From positions 1-28,969 of the IMG/VR virus record IMGVR_UViG_3300021092_000143: 28,969 bases of DNA; one strand, written 5' to 3'. Source of the stretch: a virus (taxonomy: Duplodnaviria > Caudoviricetes). Below the pieces are notes generated by a model, which was not told where the DNA came from, searched no databases, and worked only from the letters and a program-made list of their open reading frames with translations. The position numbers were made by a program, and so were the translations under genes. Position 1 is the stretch's first letter. Each line of letters starts with the position of its first letter. Shown here piece after piece: positions 4,835-17,000 of the stretch.

Positions 4835-5533
4835 ATGTCATATCTAAATCACAATCTTCCAACAATTACTTGTTACATTCGTAATGAGTTTCTTTATAAT
4901 CACAAAAAAGGTCACGGTGAGGTAACTTTATGTGATGTACATTCTGTAGCGTCCTTAGAGAAGCACGTACCCCTCTTTGAAGCGTTTCTAGAGAATGGGG
5001 TGAACTGGACTCGTAGACCTATTCATGCATTTTGTTGGAAACCTGATGCACCTGCATCTAAATTAGAGGAGTGTATGTGGTGGGATTGCTTTTCTCCTTA
5101 TATTGATGTTCAAGTTCGTTCAAGATTGGCTAACTTACGTGCTGAATTGATCAATTATCGTGGAGAAAAGAATGAAGGAACTTACTTATTCACTCTTGAT
5201 TGGTCTTGGGAGTCAAAATCTACACTGAATACTAACTTTAGTGAGACTCCAGAGCATAAATGTGCTCACTTTTTTAAGATGGACAACGGAAATTTTTATG
5301 CATATCCTAATAATAAGATATTATGGTATGATGATGCCTGGACTAAGAACAGAATTACTAAAAATCCAGGGTATGAGATTGATTTAACTGAGTATTCAGT
5401 TGAAAATCGTCGAAAAATTGAGACATCTGATGATTTTATGTACGAAATCACAAAAATTCGGGATAGCAACCCCGTAAAAAGTTCTGATTTTAACGAATCA
5501 GGAGAGCAAAATGGACCAAAAAATGCTTCGTGA
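4835..5533 (+). CDS. conserved phage hypothetical protein (MSYLNHNLP...), 232 aa
   Basis: Same frame as track ORF 4652..5533, but ATG 4835 is the likely start because the upstream extension crosses another gene and a terminator; Trp/His/Cys-rich motifs WDCFS, YLFTLDW, HKCAHFF, AYPNN. Confidence 0.8.
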   Translation: MSYLNHNLPTITCYIRNEFLYNHKKGHGEVTLCDVHSVASLEKHVPLFEAFLENGVNWTRRPIHAFCWKPDAPASKLEECMWWDCFSPYIDVQVRSRLANLRAELINYRGEKNEGTYLFTLDWSWESKSTLNTNFSETPEHKCAHFFKMDNGNFYAYPNNKILWYDDAWTKNRITKNPGYEIDLTEYSVENRRKIETSDDFMYEITKIRDSNPVKSSDFNESGEQNGPKNAS

Positions 5534-5675
5534 GATCAATAATGACGATCTGACACCAAAAAAACATGATTTTTTTCACCAAAATGAAATTCATGAGAGA
5601 ATTCGTAACGATGAAGACTATGATGATTGGGAGTATGGCACTGAACCTCTTTATGAATTCAAAAAACACGAATAA
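5511..5675 (+). CDS. acidic hypothetical protein, 54 aa (MDQKMLREINNDDLTPKKHDFFHQNEIHERIRNDEDYDDWEYGTEPLYEFKKHE)
   Basis: Hand-translated; AGGAG RBS at 5500-5504; stop overlaps the late promoter of gp25. Confidence 0.75.
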   Translation: MDQKMLREINNDDLTPKKHDFFHQNEIHERIRNDEDYDDWEYGTEPLYEFKKHE

Positions 5676-5678
5676 ATA
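5672..5678 (+). promoter_or_regulatory. T4-type late promoter (ATAAATA)
   Basis: gp55-type late consensus (T4 TATAAATA; cyanophage NATAAATA) 21 nt upstream of gp25 ATG. Confidence 0.75.
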
Positions 5679-5699
5679 AGATAGATTTATAATATTTTT

Positions 5700-6101
5700 A
5701 TGCCTGTAGAACGGGTAATCAGAGGTTTTAAGGATATTAGTATGTCATTTCAGACTAATCCTCTGAATAATGACTTAATTTCTATTAAGAATGAGACTGC
5801 TATTGCCCGTTCTGTTAGAAATCTCATATTTACACTTCCTGGTGAAAGATTTTTTAATGAAAATATTGGATCTAGAGTATCAAAGGTACTTTTTGAGAAC
5901 ATGGATGAGATTTCAGCATCTGTGATTGAAGATGAGATTACTAACACAATTAATAACTATGAACCAAGAGTTGATTTAATCTCAGTGGATGTTTCTCCAA
6001 ACTATGATAATAATGAATTCAATGTCACAATAAATTATTATATTGTTGGGATTGATGTATTACCTCAGCAGTTATCATTCGCATTACAGCCAACAAGATA
6101 A
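5700..6101 (+). CDS. gp25: baseplate wedge subunit gp25
   Basis: FKDISMSF, AIARSVRNLIFTLPGERFF, IGS, NYEPRV motifs of the gp25/GPW family; immediately upstream of gp6. Confidence 0.93.
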   Translation: MPVERVIRGFKDISMSFQTNPLNNDLISIKNETAIARSVRNLIFTLPGERFFNENIGSRVSKVLFENMDEISASVIEDEITNTINNYEPRVDLISVDVSPNYDNNEFNVTINYYIVGIDVLPQQLSFALQPTR

Positions 6102-8012
6102 ATGGCATTAGTAAATTTCACAAATCTAGACTTTGATCAGATAAAAACCTCTATTAAGGATTATCTTAGATCCAATTCAAATTTTACAGATTATGATTTT
6201 GAAGGATCTACTTTATCCACCTTAATAGATGTTCTTGCATATAATACTTACATTACCTCATATAATGCTAACATGGTTAGCAATGAGGTCTTTATTGATA
6301 GTGCAACTCTAAGAGAAAATGTAGTATCACTTGCAAGAAACATTGGTTATGTTCCAAGGTCAAAAACTTCATCTTCGGCAAATATATCTTTTTTTGTGGA
6401 TGCAACTGGTTTAACGACAAATCCAGTTACTCTTACCCTTAAAAAGGGAACTATTTGTACATCAACATCTTCATTTGGAAATCAAAGTTATACTTTTACG
6501 ATTCCTGCAGATGTTACTCGTCCAGTAGTAAATGGAATTGCATTATTTGAAAATATTAATGTTTATGAGGGAACATACTTAGTTAACACATTTACTGTCA
6601 ATTCGAATAATCCTAATCAAAGATTTATTTTAGAAAATTCCGATATTGATACTAAATCAATATCTGTAATTGTGAGAAATACTCAATCTAGTACTACTTC
6701 TAGAAAATTTACATTATCAACTGATCTTTTTAATATTAATTCTACATCTAATGTCTTCTTTATTCAAGAAATAGAAGATCAGAGATATGAATTAATTTTT
6801 GGCGATGGAATTTTCGGGACAAAATTAGAAAATCAAAATTTCATTGAAGTTTCATATATTACAACTTCTGGTGAAGATGCTAACGGAATATCATCATTCA
6901 CATTTAATGGTCGGATAGTAGACAATAATAATCGTGTAGTAAATACTGGAATTTCTCTATTAACTACTAATACAGAATCCAGAGGTGGTCAAAATATAGA
7001 ATCGGTAGATTCAATTAAAAAATATGCTCCAAGAATATACTCTTCACAGAATAGAGCAGTAACTGCTACTGATTACGAAACTATTATACCAACAATATAT
7101 CCAGAAACAGAATCAATCTCTGTTTTTGGTGGCGAAGATTTGAATCCACCAAAATATGGAAAGGTTTTTATATCAATAAAACCAATCAATGGGGCATTTG
7201 TATCAAGTCAAATAAAAGACAATATTAGAAATAGTCTTAGAAAGTATAGTGTTGCAGGTATTGTTCCCGAAATTTTAGATCTAAAATATCTTTATTTGGA
7301 ATATGATATATCTGCTTATTATAATGTAAATGCTGCTCCAAGTTCCGATTATGTTAAAACTTTGATTTCTAATAATATCAATGCATATGCAAATTCTTCC
7401 GAATTAAATAAGTACGGAGCTAGATTTAGATATAGTAAGTTCTTAAAATTGATTGATGACAGTCATCCATCTGTTACTTCTAATATTACGAAGATGATTA
7501 TGAGAAGAGATATGAGACCTGCATTAAATCAATTTGCAAATTATGAAATTTGTTTTGGAAATTCATTTCATATAAAGAGTATGTCTGGGTATAACATTAA
7601 GTCTTCTGGATTTAATGTTAGTGGATTTAATCAGACTTTATACATGTCTGATATTCCAAATTCAGACCAAAAGACTGGATCAATATTTTTCTTTACCATT
7701 AGTTCTTCAAGGACACCAAGTATAGTTCGTAGAAACGTAGGAACTATAAACTATGAAAGAGGGGAGATATTATTAAATCCTGTGAATATCATAGGAACTT
7801 CAAAATCAAGTGGTGAACAATCGACTATAGAAATATCAGTATCTCCACAATCTAACGATGTTATTGGTTTGCAAGATTTATATTTACAATTAGACGTTAG
7901 TAATGGTGTGTTAAATATGGTATCAGACCAAATACTTTCTGGATCTGATATATCTGGTTCATCATATGTAACAACTTCTAGCTATTCAAACGGAGACCTC
8001 GTAAGAATATAA
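6102..8012 (+). CDS. gp6: baseplate wedge subunit gp6
   Basis: LDFDQIK...FTDYDFEGS.LS.LIDVLAYNT, DSATLRENVVSLARNIGY, FGDGIFG, QNRAVTA.DY; size and order as in T4-like cyanophages. Confidence 0.95.
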   Translation: MALVNFTNLDFDQIKTSIKDYLRSNSNFTDYDFEGSTLSTLIDVLAYNTYITSYNANMVSNEVFIDSATLRENVVSLARNIGYVPRSKTSSSANISFFVDATGLTTNPVTLTLKKGTICTSTSSFGNQSYTFTIPADVTRPVVNGIALFENINVYEGTYLVNTFTVNSNNPNQRFILENSDIDTKSISVIVRNTQSSTTSRKFTLSTDLFNINSTSNVFFIQEIEDQRYELIFGDGIFGTKLENQNFIEVSYITTSGEDANGISSFTFNGRIVDNNNRVVNTGISLLTTNTESRGGQNIESVDSIKKYAPRIYSSQNRAVTATDYETIIPTIYPETESISVFGGEDLNPPKYGKVFISIKPINGAFVSSQIKDNIRNSLRKYSVAGIVPEILDLKYLYLEYDISAYYNVNAAPSSDYVKTLISNNINAYANSSELNKYGARFRYSKFLKLIDDSHPSVTSNITKMIMRRDMRPALNQFANYEICFGNSFHIKSMSGYNIKSSGFNVSGFNQTLYMSDIPNSDQKTGSIFFFTISSSRTPSIVRRNVGTINYERGEILLNPVNIIGTSKSSGEQSTIEISVSPQSNDVIGLQDLYLQLDVSNGVLNMVSDQILSGSDISGSSYVTTSSYSNGDLVRI

Positions 8013-8013
8013 A

Positions 8014-11000
8014 ATGACAGGAACAAGAATCAAAATTAGTTCGGTTATCCAAAATCAACTTCCAGAATTCGTCAAGGAAGAGTTTCCTTTAGTTGTCGAA
8101 TTCTTGAATCAATATTATTTGTCTTTGGAATCTGAAGGACTTCCATACAACTTAATTCAAAATATAGACAAATATGTTAAGGTAGATAATCTTACTAATT
8201 TAACAGATTCTACAGTATTAACTTCTAATGTTTCTTATTTTGATTCTACAATTAATGTGCAATCAACTTCAGGATTTCCAGACTCTTATGGAATCATTCT
8301 GATTGATTCGGAAATTATAACATATACCTCAAAAACTAATACTTCTTTCACTGGATGTGTAAGAGGATTTAGTGGGATCACATCTTTAGAAAATCCTTTA
8401 AATTCTGATGAATTAGTTTTCTCAACCTCATCTTCAGAACAGCATACTTCAGGATCTAAGGTTAATAATCTTAGTATTCTTTTCCTGCAACAATTTTTTA
8501 AAAAGGTAAAATCTCAAATATCTCCAGGATTTGAGGATAGAGATTTTTATAGTGGTTTAAATGAATCTATTTTTGTAAAACAATCTAAAGATTTTTATTC
8601 CTCAAAGGGAACCACAGAGTCTTTTAAAATTTTGTTTAAAGCACTCTATGGGGAAAATGTAGAAGTAATTCGCCCACAAGATTTTTTAATTCAACCATCG
8701 GATGCAGAGTATAGAATAACAAAAGATTTGGTTGTAGAAAAACTTGAGGGAGATATTGAGGATTTAGTTAATAGAACAATCTATCAGGATCAAAATGATT
8801 TTCTGGATAGAGCAAGTGGAACTGTAACTAAAGTAGAAAAAATAATTCGAGATTCGAAGGAGTATTATACTTTAAGTTTAGATTATGGTTATCAGAGAGA
8901 TATTGATGTTGATGGAACTATCTTTGGAGAGTTCACTATTCATCCAAGATCAAAGGTAATTACCTCGATTGTAGATTTAGATCCTAGTATTTCTGGTTTT
9001 ACAACGAGTTCTACATCAATTGATGTGGACTCTACTGCAGGATTTCCAAACTCAGGAAATCTTATTGTAGACCTTCCTAATAACACATCTCTAACTATTT
9101 CGTATGAAGATAAAACTTTAACCCAATTTTTAGGTTGCTCTGGTATAACTCAAGAGATAAATTCAGGTACAGAAATAAGATCTGATGCTTATGCTTATGG
9201 TCAGGGTGAATCGGGGCAAATAAAGTTTTTAGTTACTGGAGTTTTATCGGATCTTAAACTGGAGAATAGTCAATATCAAAATATTAACTATCCAGTAAAA
9301 ATAAAAACTCTTGGAGAGGATTCGAAAGATTATAAAGCAAATAATTGGTTCTTTAACATTGCTGTTGAATATGACTTACAATCACATTCATTAATAGACT
9401 CATCTTCTGCTCCAACTTATAGCTTAGTTTTTTATGATGATCACTCCTTTGTGATTGGAGATAGAGTAGTAATAAAGTCGTCCATTGGAACTCAAACAGA
9501 TGCGGTTGTAGTTGCATATAATAACACTAAGTCAATTTCAATCCGAGGAAACATAAGTTTTAGCTCTAGTTTCTCATATAGAATACAAAAAATTCTTTCA
9601 AGAGTTAATTCTAAAAATTATCCAGAATTATCAAAGTTTACATCTAATGTTCAAAATGTTTATATTGATTCTGATAATTCTTTGTTTGTTACTGCACCAT
9701 CTTTACCAACATATCTTGATCAAGAGTTAGATATAAGAGATAAATCAAAAACTTTTTCTGGTTCTTTTAGTGGTGAAGAGCTAACTATTGGAAACCACTC
9801 ATTTTATACAGGAGATGCTGTATATTACAGATCAAGTGGACAAGAAAATACTTTGGGTATTTCTGATGGATATTACTTCATCAAAAAAATTAATGATACT
9901 ACGATAAAGTTATCAAAAAGCAGACCAAATATATCAAATAATAAATTTGTTACTTTTGATGGATTTGCAAATAACGATAAAATAGAACTTGCAAATTTTG
10001 TAGATGAGGTTACTCTAGAATCTAAAAAAATAGAACCTCAGAAAATTATTAGAAAGTTATCTAATCTAATTGTCAATGGAGATAAAGAAGTAACAGAACC
10101 TGGATCTACAGGTGTATTGGTAAATGGTGTTGAAATTTTAAATTACAAATCTCCAGATTCTATTTTTTACGGACCAATAGAAAAAATTAATGTAATTTCT
10201 TCTGGTGACAATTATGATGTAATCAATCCTCCAGTTTTAGAAATTACTGATGAAGTTGGAACAGGAGTCACCGCATACTGTGCTGTAACCGGTAGTTTAC
10301 GTAAAATTAATATTATTGATGGTGGTTTTGATTACTTAAATGATCCCAAAATAATTGTATCTGGTGGTGGTGGATCGGAAGCTTCCGCTAGAGTTAATTT
10401 AATCAGTTTTGATCATGAGGTTTATTTTAACTCAGAGTCTTCTTCATCTTTAGTAGATTTATCATCCAATACTATAACATTCCCAGAATACCACAAATTC
10501 AGAGATAATGAACTGGTAATTTATGATCCAGAAGGACAAACTTCTGTCGGAGGTCTATCGACCAATTCTCAATATTTTGTATCCGTTCAAAATGGATATA
10601 CAATTAAACTTCATAAGAATTTGGATGATTCTGTTTCGGGAATTAATACAATTTCTTTAACATCATTTGGTATAGGAAATCATAAATTCCAATCTACAAA
10701 TAAAAAGAAAAAAATTGGATCAATCTTAATACCTAATGGTGGAAATGGTTATTCAAATAAAAAAAGAGTATCAAAGTCAACAGGAATAAACACTGCATCA
10801 AATACAATAGAAATTTTTGATCATGGATATTCTGATGGTGATATATTAGTATATTCTTTTACAGAAAATCCCATAGTTGGACTTGCAACTACTTCGACAT
10901 ACTATGTTTCAGTTGTTGATGAAAATAAATTTAAATTATCAAATGTAGGTGTAGGAACTCAAGAAAAAGATTTCTTCAAAAAGACTAATCAGTTCATAAA

Positions 11001-14000
11001 TTTCGAATCAGTAGGAAGTGGACTCCATATTTTCAATTATGAACCGATTACTGTTAGAGCATCTGGTGTAATTGGAGTTTCAACGTTATCTGACCAAGAT
11101 TTTAATGCTGTTCTTCAACCTATCTTTAGGGGAGAAATAGATTCTGTTTTTGTTCAGGATGGTGGATCTTCTTATGGATCTGAGGAAATTTTAAACTATG
11201 TAAGACAACCAAACTTTATTCTGAGATCAGGTTCAGGAGCTCAACTGACCCCAGTAATTAATAATGGAAAAATTGAAAATGTAATAGTTAACTATTCTGG
11301 CAGTTATTATAACTCTCCTCCAGATTTAGTCATAAATGGTCCTGGTTTTGGAGCTGTTCTTACACCAATACTTTCTAATGGAACAATTGCTTCTGTAGTA
11401 ATCGTATCCAGTGGTTCAGGATACGTTGAAGGAAAAACAACTATTGATGTAATACCATCAGGATCATCAGCAAATCTTAGTGCTCAAATTAAGAGTTGGA
11501 ATGTCAATCTTGTTGAGAGATTTATACAATCAAATCAAATTACTGAAGATGATGGAATTGCAACTGTTGGACTTCATAAGTTTGGTTTACAGTATTCTCA
11601 TTTATATGCTCCAAGAAAGTTCAGAACTTCAGTTCTTGGAACTAGATTTGATAATGGTGAAACAATTTATGAACCAGATTTAACTTTACTTAATGGAAGA
11701 GAGACTGATTCAAGATCACACTCTCCAATTATTGGGTGGGCATATGACGGAAATCCAATTTATGGGCCATATGGATACACTTCAATAAGTGGTGGAAGAG
11801 TTAGACAGATGATATCTGGATATCAAATCTTACCCCAACAAAATCGACCAAATTCTACAATTTATCCTTTGGGATTTTTTGTAGAAGATTACACCTTTAT
11901 CAATGGAGGGGATCTTGATGAAAATAATGGCAGATTCTGTGTAACTCCAGAGTATCCAAATGGGACATATGCATATTTCTCAACAGTTTCAGAACTTGTT
12001 GAGACAAGTGGATCATTCAAAAATTATAAGAAACCAGTATTCCCATATTTTATAGGAAATACTTATAAATCAAAACCAATTGATTATAATTTCTCAACAA
12101 ATTCTAATCAAATAGACTTCGATATTAATAAAACTGGTTGGTTGAGAAATACCTCCCCATATAATTTGATGAATTCTAATTCTGGTTATGCATATATTAC
12201 AAATCCAAATGATATTCGTAATCAATATTCGATAGCAAAATCAATATCTTCTGGACAAATAACTTCTGTTGGAATTTTGACTGGTGGAGAAAACTATCAA
12301 GTAGGAGATTCTATTGAATTTTCTGCAAGATCTTTAGATTCTATTCCACCAAAAGCTTTCGTATCTTTTGTTGAAGGAAAATCGGTAACTTCTATCTCAG
12401 CGACAACATCTATAGTAACAAATGTTGAATTTTATAAATTTAGAGATGATCAAAAATATACAGCAATATCAACATCTCCACATTATTTCAATAATTTAGA
12501 TTTTGTCAATTTTAATGCAAATCAAGAGTACAATAACTATTCTCAAGTTAACATTGCAACAAATGTACTTAGATTAACATCTGGTGTTGGTTCTACAACA
12601 AGCACTGGTTCTGTAACTTACTTTAATGTTTCTGGTAATTTATCGGATACTGCAATACAAGAAAATGATATCTATAGAATATCAAATGAATTAGTTAAGG
12701 TTTTAAATGTTGATGTAGTATCTTCTAGAATTAGAGTTTTAAGAAATACAAATGAGTTTGTTGGTGTAACTTCTTATTCTGCTGGAGAAGTCCTAACGGA
12801 AGTTCCCAGAAGAATGTCACTGAACTTTAATATCATCAATGACTATAATTTAAATTCTAGAAATAGGCAACAGTATTTTGATCCGCAAAATACTGTTGGA
12901 CTTGGAACTACTTCTGGTGTAGGTATAACATCTACTATTGTGTTTTCAAATCCAGGAGTAGGTATAACACAGGTCACTATACCCACTAGATCACTATACA
13001 TTCCAAACCATAATTTAGAAAATGGTGATGAATTAGTTTATTCATCAAATGGTGGATCATCAATATCAATATCAACTGATGGAATTTCTTCTTTCCAATT
13101 AAGTGACAATTCAATTCTTTATGCCACAAAAATATCCAATGATATAATTGGTTTATCAACTTTTAGAGTCGGTTTAAGTTCAATAGGTTCTTATATTGGG
13201 TTAGGAACTACTTCAGCTTCTTTATTATACTTCACTGGGGTTGGTTTAGGAAATACTCATAGTCTTGAGACCAATTATCCTAATATACTTGTTGGTGAAA
13301 TTTCAAAAAATATAGTTACTGTATCAACAGCATCATCTCATGGATTATTCTTGAACAATAGTGTTATTTTAGATATTACTTCTGGATTAACAACATCTCT
13401 CAACGTAAAATATAATGACTATAGTAGAAGGACTATTATAAATGAAAGATCATTTGGTTCTTCAGATGTTGATATTGTAAAAAATACTATATCTATTGAA
13501 AATCATGGATTTACAACAGGACAAAAAGTTATTCATACGTCAACTGTTCCATGTGGTGGTCTAATTGATGAAAAAATATATTATGTTATAGTTGTAGACA
13601 GAAATACTATTCAATTATCAAATACTCAATATTATTCAACTAGAAAGGAAAGAGATGTTGCAAACATTACATCATCTTCTATTGGAAATATTTTGCCAAT
13701 AAATCCACCAATTAAGTTGGTAAAGGGAGAGGGATTACAGATTCAGGTTTCAGATCCTTCATTGTCATTCATAAAGAACTCTATCTTATACTCTGCTTTT
13801 GACTTGAATTTCTACACTGATTCTGATTTTAAAAATAAATTTGATTTTTCCCAATCAGATTTTGTTGAAGTTGTTAGATCTGGAAAAGTGGGGATCGATA
13901 CCACTGCTACCGTTACTTTAAGAACCACTAATACTACTCCCAATATCTTATATTATAAATTAGATCCAATCAATACCAATTTATCACTTGATACTAAAAA

Positions 14001-17000
14001 AGAATCAATAGTCGATAAAGAAGTTATTGGATTTGGCCAGATTTCTATATTGGAAAGTGTTTATAGTGGTCAGAAAAAAGTTATTGGAATTTCTACAAAT
14101 ACTTTTAATTTCTTGTCAGAGAATACTCCAGAAGTATCTTCGTACAACTCTGAGAGTTCGGATATTTCATACATCACAAATTCAAATAATGTTTATGGCC
14201 CAATAAATTCAATTAAAATAAAAAATTCTGGCAGAAATTTAAAGGAACTTCCATCAATATCAAAAATTCAAACTGGAATTGGAACCAAAGCCTTATTAGA
14301 CTTAGAATCCAAAAATATTGGAAGTATCTTAAATTATCAAATTCAAGATATTGGATTTGAATATCCATCAGATTTGACAATTAGACCAACAGCAAAAGCA
14401 ACTGAAATATTAAAAATAAAGACACAATCATCATTCAATTCGATTGGAATTTCTTCTGTAGGGAAAGGATATTCACTTTCACCAAATTTGATTGTCCTTG
14501 ATGGACTGACAGGTAACATCGTAAATGATGTTGATCTCAGATATACTTTGGGAAGTACTAATGTTGAGATTCTAAAAAATACTAAAGGTATAAACAATGT
14601 TACTCCCACTATTATTCCAATCAACAATACGAACGGCGTTAGAATTAGTTCATTAGATTTTAACTCATCATCAAAAGAAGTTATTGTTACTTTAGGTTCT
14701 AGTTTTAGCAATGTATCAGATTTCCCATTTGAGATTGGAGATAAAGTTCTAATTGAGAATGTTAGTGTTGGAGTTGGATCTACAGGAACTGGATATAATT
14801 CAGAAAATTACAATTATGCCCTGTTCACATTGACTAACACCACTCCAAATATTGGAGGAATTGGAGCTACTGTTGCATATAGTCTGACAGAGTATTTGAA
14901 AAATGGAGAAATTCCTGGAACTTTTAATAATGAAAATTCTTCTGCAAGAATTATACCACAAAAACATTTCCCAATTTTCAATATCGATTTAGAAAAAAAT
15001 GAGTTTTACGTTGGTGAAGAGGTATATTCCAATGAATCGTTAAGTGAAGGAAAGGTCATTGATTGGGATCCATCGTCAGAATATCTTAAGATATCAACAT
15101 CCGACCAATTTACAGAAGGTCAAACGATTATCGGAAAATCTTCTTCATCGAGAGGAATGATTTCTTCTTTAATTGAAACAAAAGGATCATATACTGTTTC
15201 ATCATCTTCAATCGTTAAAAAGGGATGGGAGAAAGAAACTGGAATTCTTGATAATCAATTCCAAAGAATACATGACAATGATTATTATCAATACTTCTCA
15301 TATGCGTTAAAATCTCAAGTACCATTTGATACTTGGGGAGATGCTGTAGGAAATCTAAATCATACCGCAGGATTTAAAAAATTCAGTGATTTGATCATAG
15401 AATCTTCCGTTACTACTTCAGGAATAACCACATCTCAAGATTCTGGCGATTTTACTGGAATTGCTGATCTTTCAAGATCAATTGATTTAAATTGTGTTTA
15501 TGATTTTGATTTAGTTAAGGAAAATAATTTCTCTATTGATGGAAAAATTAAATCCAACGAAATTGTATTTAATTCCAGAATTATCCAAGATTACATAGAA
15601 TCTATTGGAAATAGAGTTTTACTTATTGATGATGTTAGTGATCAATTTAATAGCAATCCAAGACCTACTCAGTTTAGCATAGTTGATACTTTTGGTTTAG
15701 ATTCAAGATCTATAAAATTCTTGACTTTTGTTAGAGACAGAAGATTCAGTGAGCAAAAGCAAGTCTCTTTGGTCACTTTAGTGCATGATGGATCAAATGG
15801 ATATATTAATCAATATGGTGCAGTTGATACATATGGAAATATGGGATTCTTTGATTTCTCTATTGCTGGTGATGAAGGAAATCTTTTATTCTATCCGACT
15901 AGATCATTAATCAATGATTATAATATAAGTTGTGTTTCTTTTGATATTAGAGATACCATATCATCAATAGGATCAACTGATCTTGGAAGCACTGTTTTTG
16001 TTGGATCTTCAACAACAACTATTTCATCAGGAAGTTCATCTCCAATAACTGTTGTTGGTATTGCTTCTACATATAGATCTTCGAAGGTTATTGTTCAGAT
16101 TGGTGCTACAGATTCGTCATATTATGAATTTGATGAAATAACATTAATCCATGATGGTACTGATATTATCTTACAAGAATATGGTCAATTGGCCAGTGGA
16201 AGTTTGGTTACATATTCAGAATCAGGAATCGGAACTTATAATGCATATTATTCTGGTTCTAATATTAATATTGATTTGATTCCAAATAATACTACTACAG
16301 TTTCTTATAATATAAATTCTATCAGAGTTTCTATTGCAAATAGTTCTTCCACAAGTACTGGTGTAGAATCTTTTAATAATTCAGTTTTGCAGTCAAATTA
16401 TGTTGCAATATCATCCACTCCATCTCCTGGAATTACGACGATTGCTACATATTCTTCTGCATATTCTGGATCATACTTTATAGTAAGTGTAGAAGATCTA
16501 ACCAACAATCAATATCAAGTTTCGGAAGTTGTTGTTGCACATGATGATGTTGATCCACATATCACCGAGTTTGGTATCATTAATACAAATTCATCTATAG
16601 GTCTTATTGATATAAATTTTGTACCTTCTACTGGAAGTGTAGACTTAACATTTACACCCAACCCAGATATAGATGTTGAGGTTAGAGTATATCAAAATTC
16701 TATAGGTCTAGTTAACGACGCAATACCATATCGTGAAATTGATTTTACAAATGCATTTATTAGAACAGGATATGGAGATTATGAAGCATCTCAAAGTAAT
16801 GTTAGAAGATCTTTCCAGTTAACATATAACCAAAATCCAATTTTTGAAAGGTATTTTGATGGAAGTAGTTCTTCTATAGTTGATATTGACAATGATGTTA
16901 TCATCATACCAGAACATTTCTTTGTAACTGGTGAAAAGGTTGCATATACAATTGCTGGAGCTGGAAGCACTCAAGCAATTGGAATTGCTACGACTACTAT

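Noticed and set aside
360-5947. Minus-strand ORFs (360-584, 478-732, 3723-4166, 3859-4152, 4188-4385, 4646-4831, 5750-5947)
   Set aside because: Antisense shadows of well-supported plus-strand genes, with no recognisable motifs.
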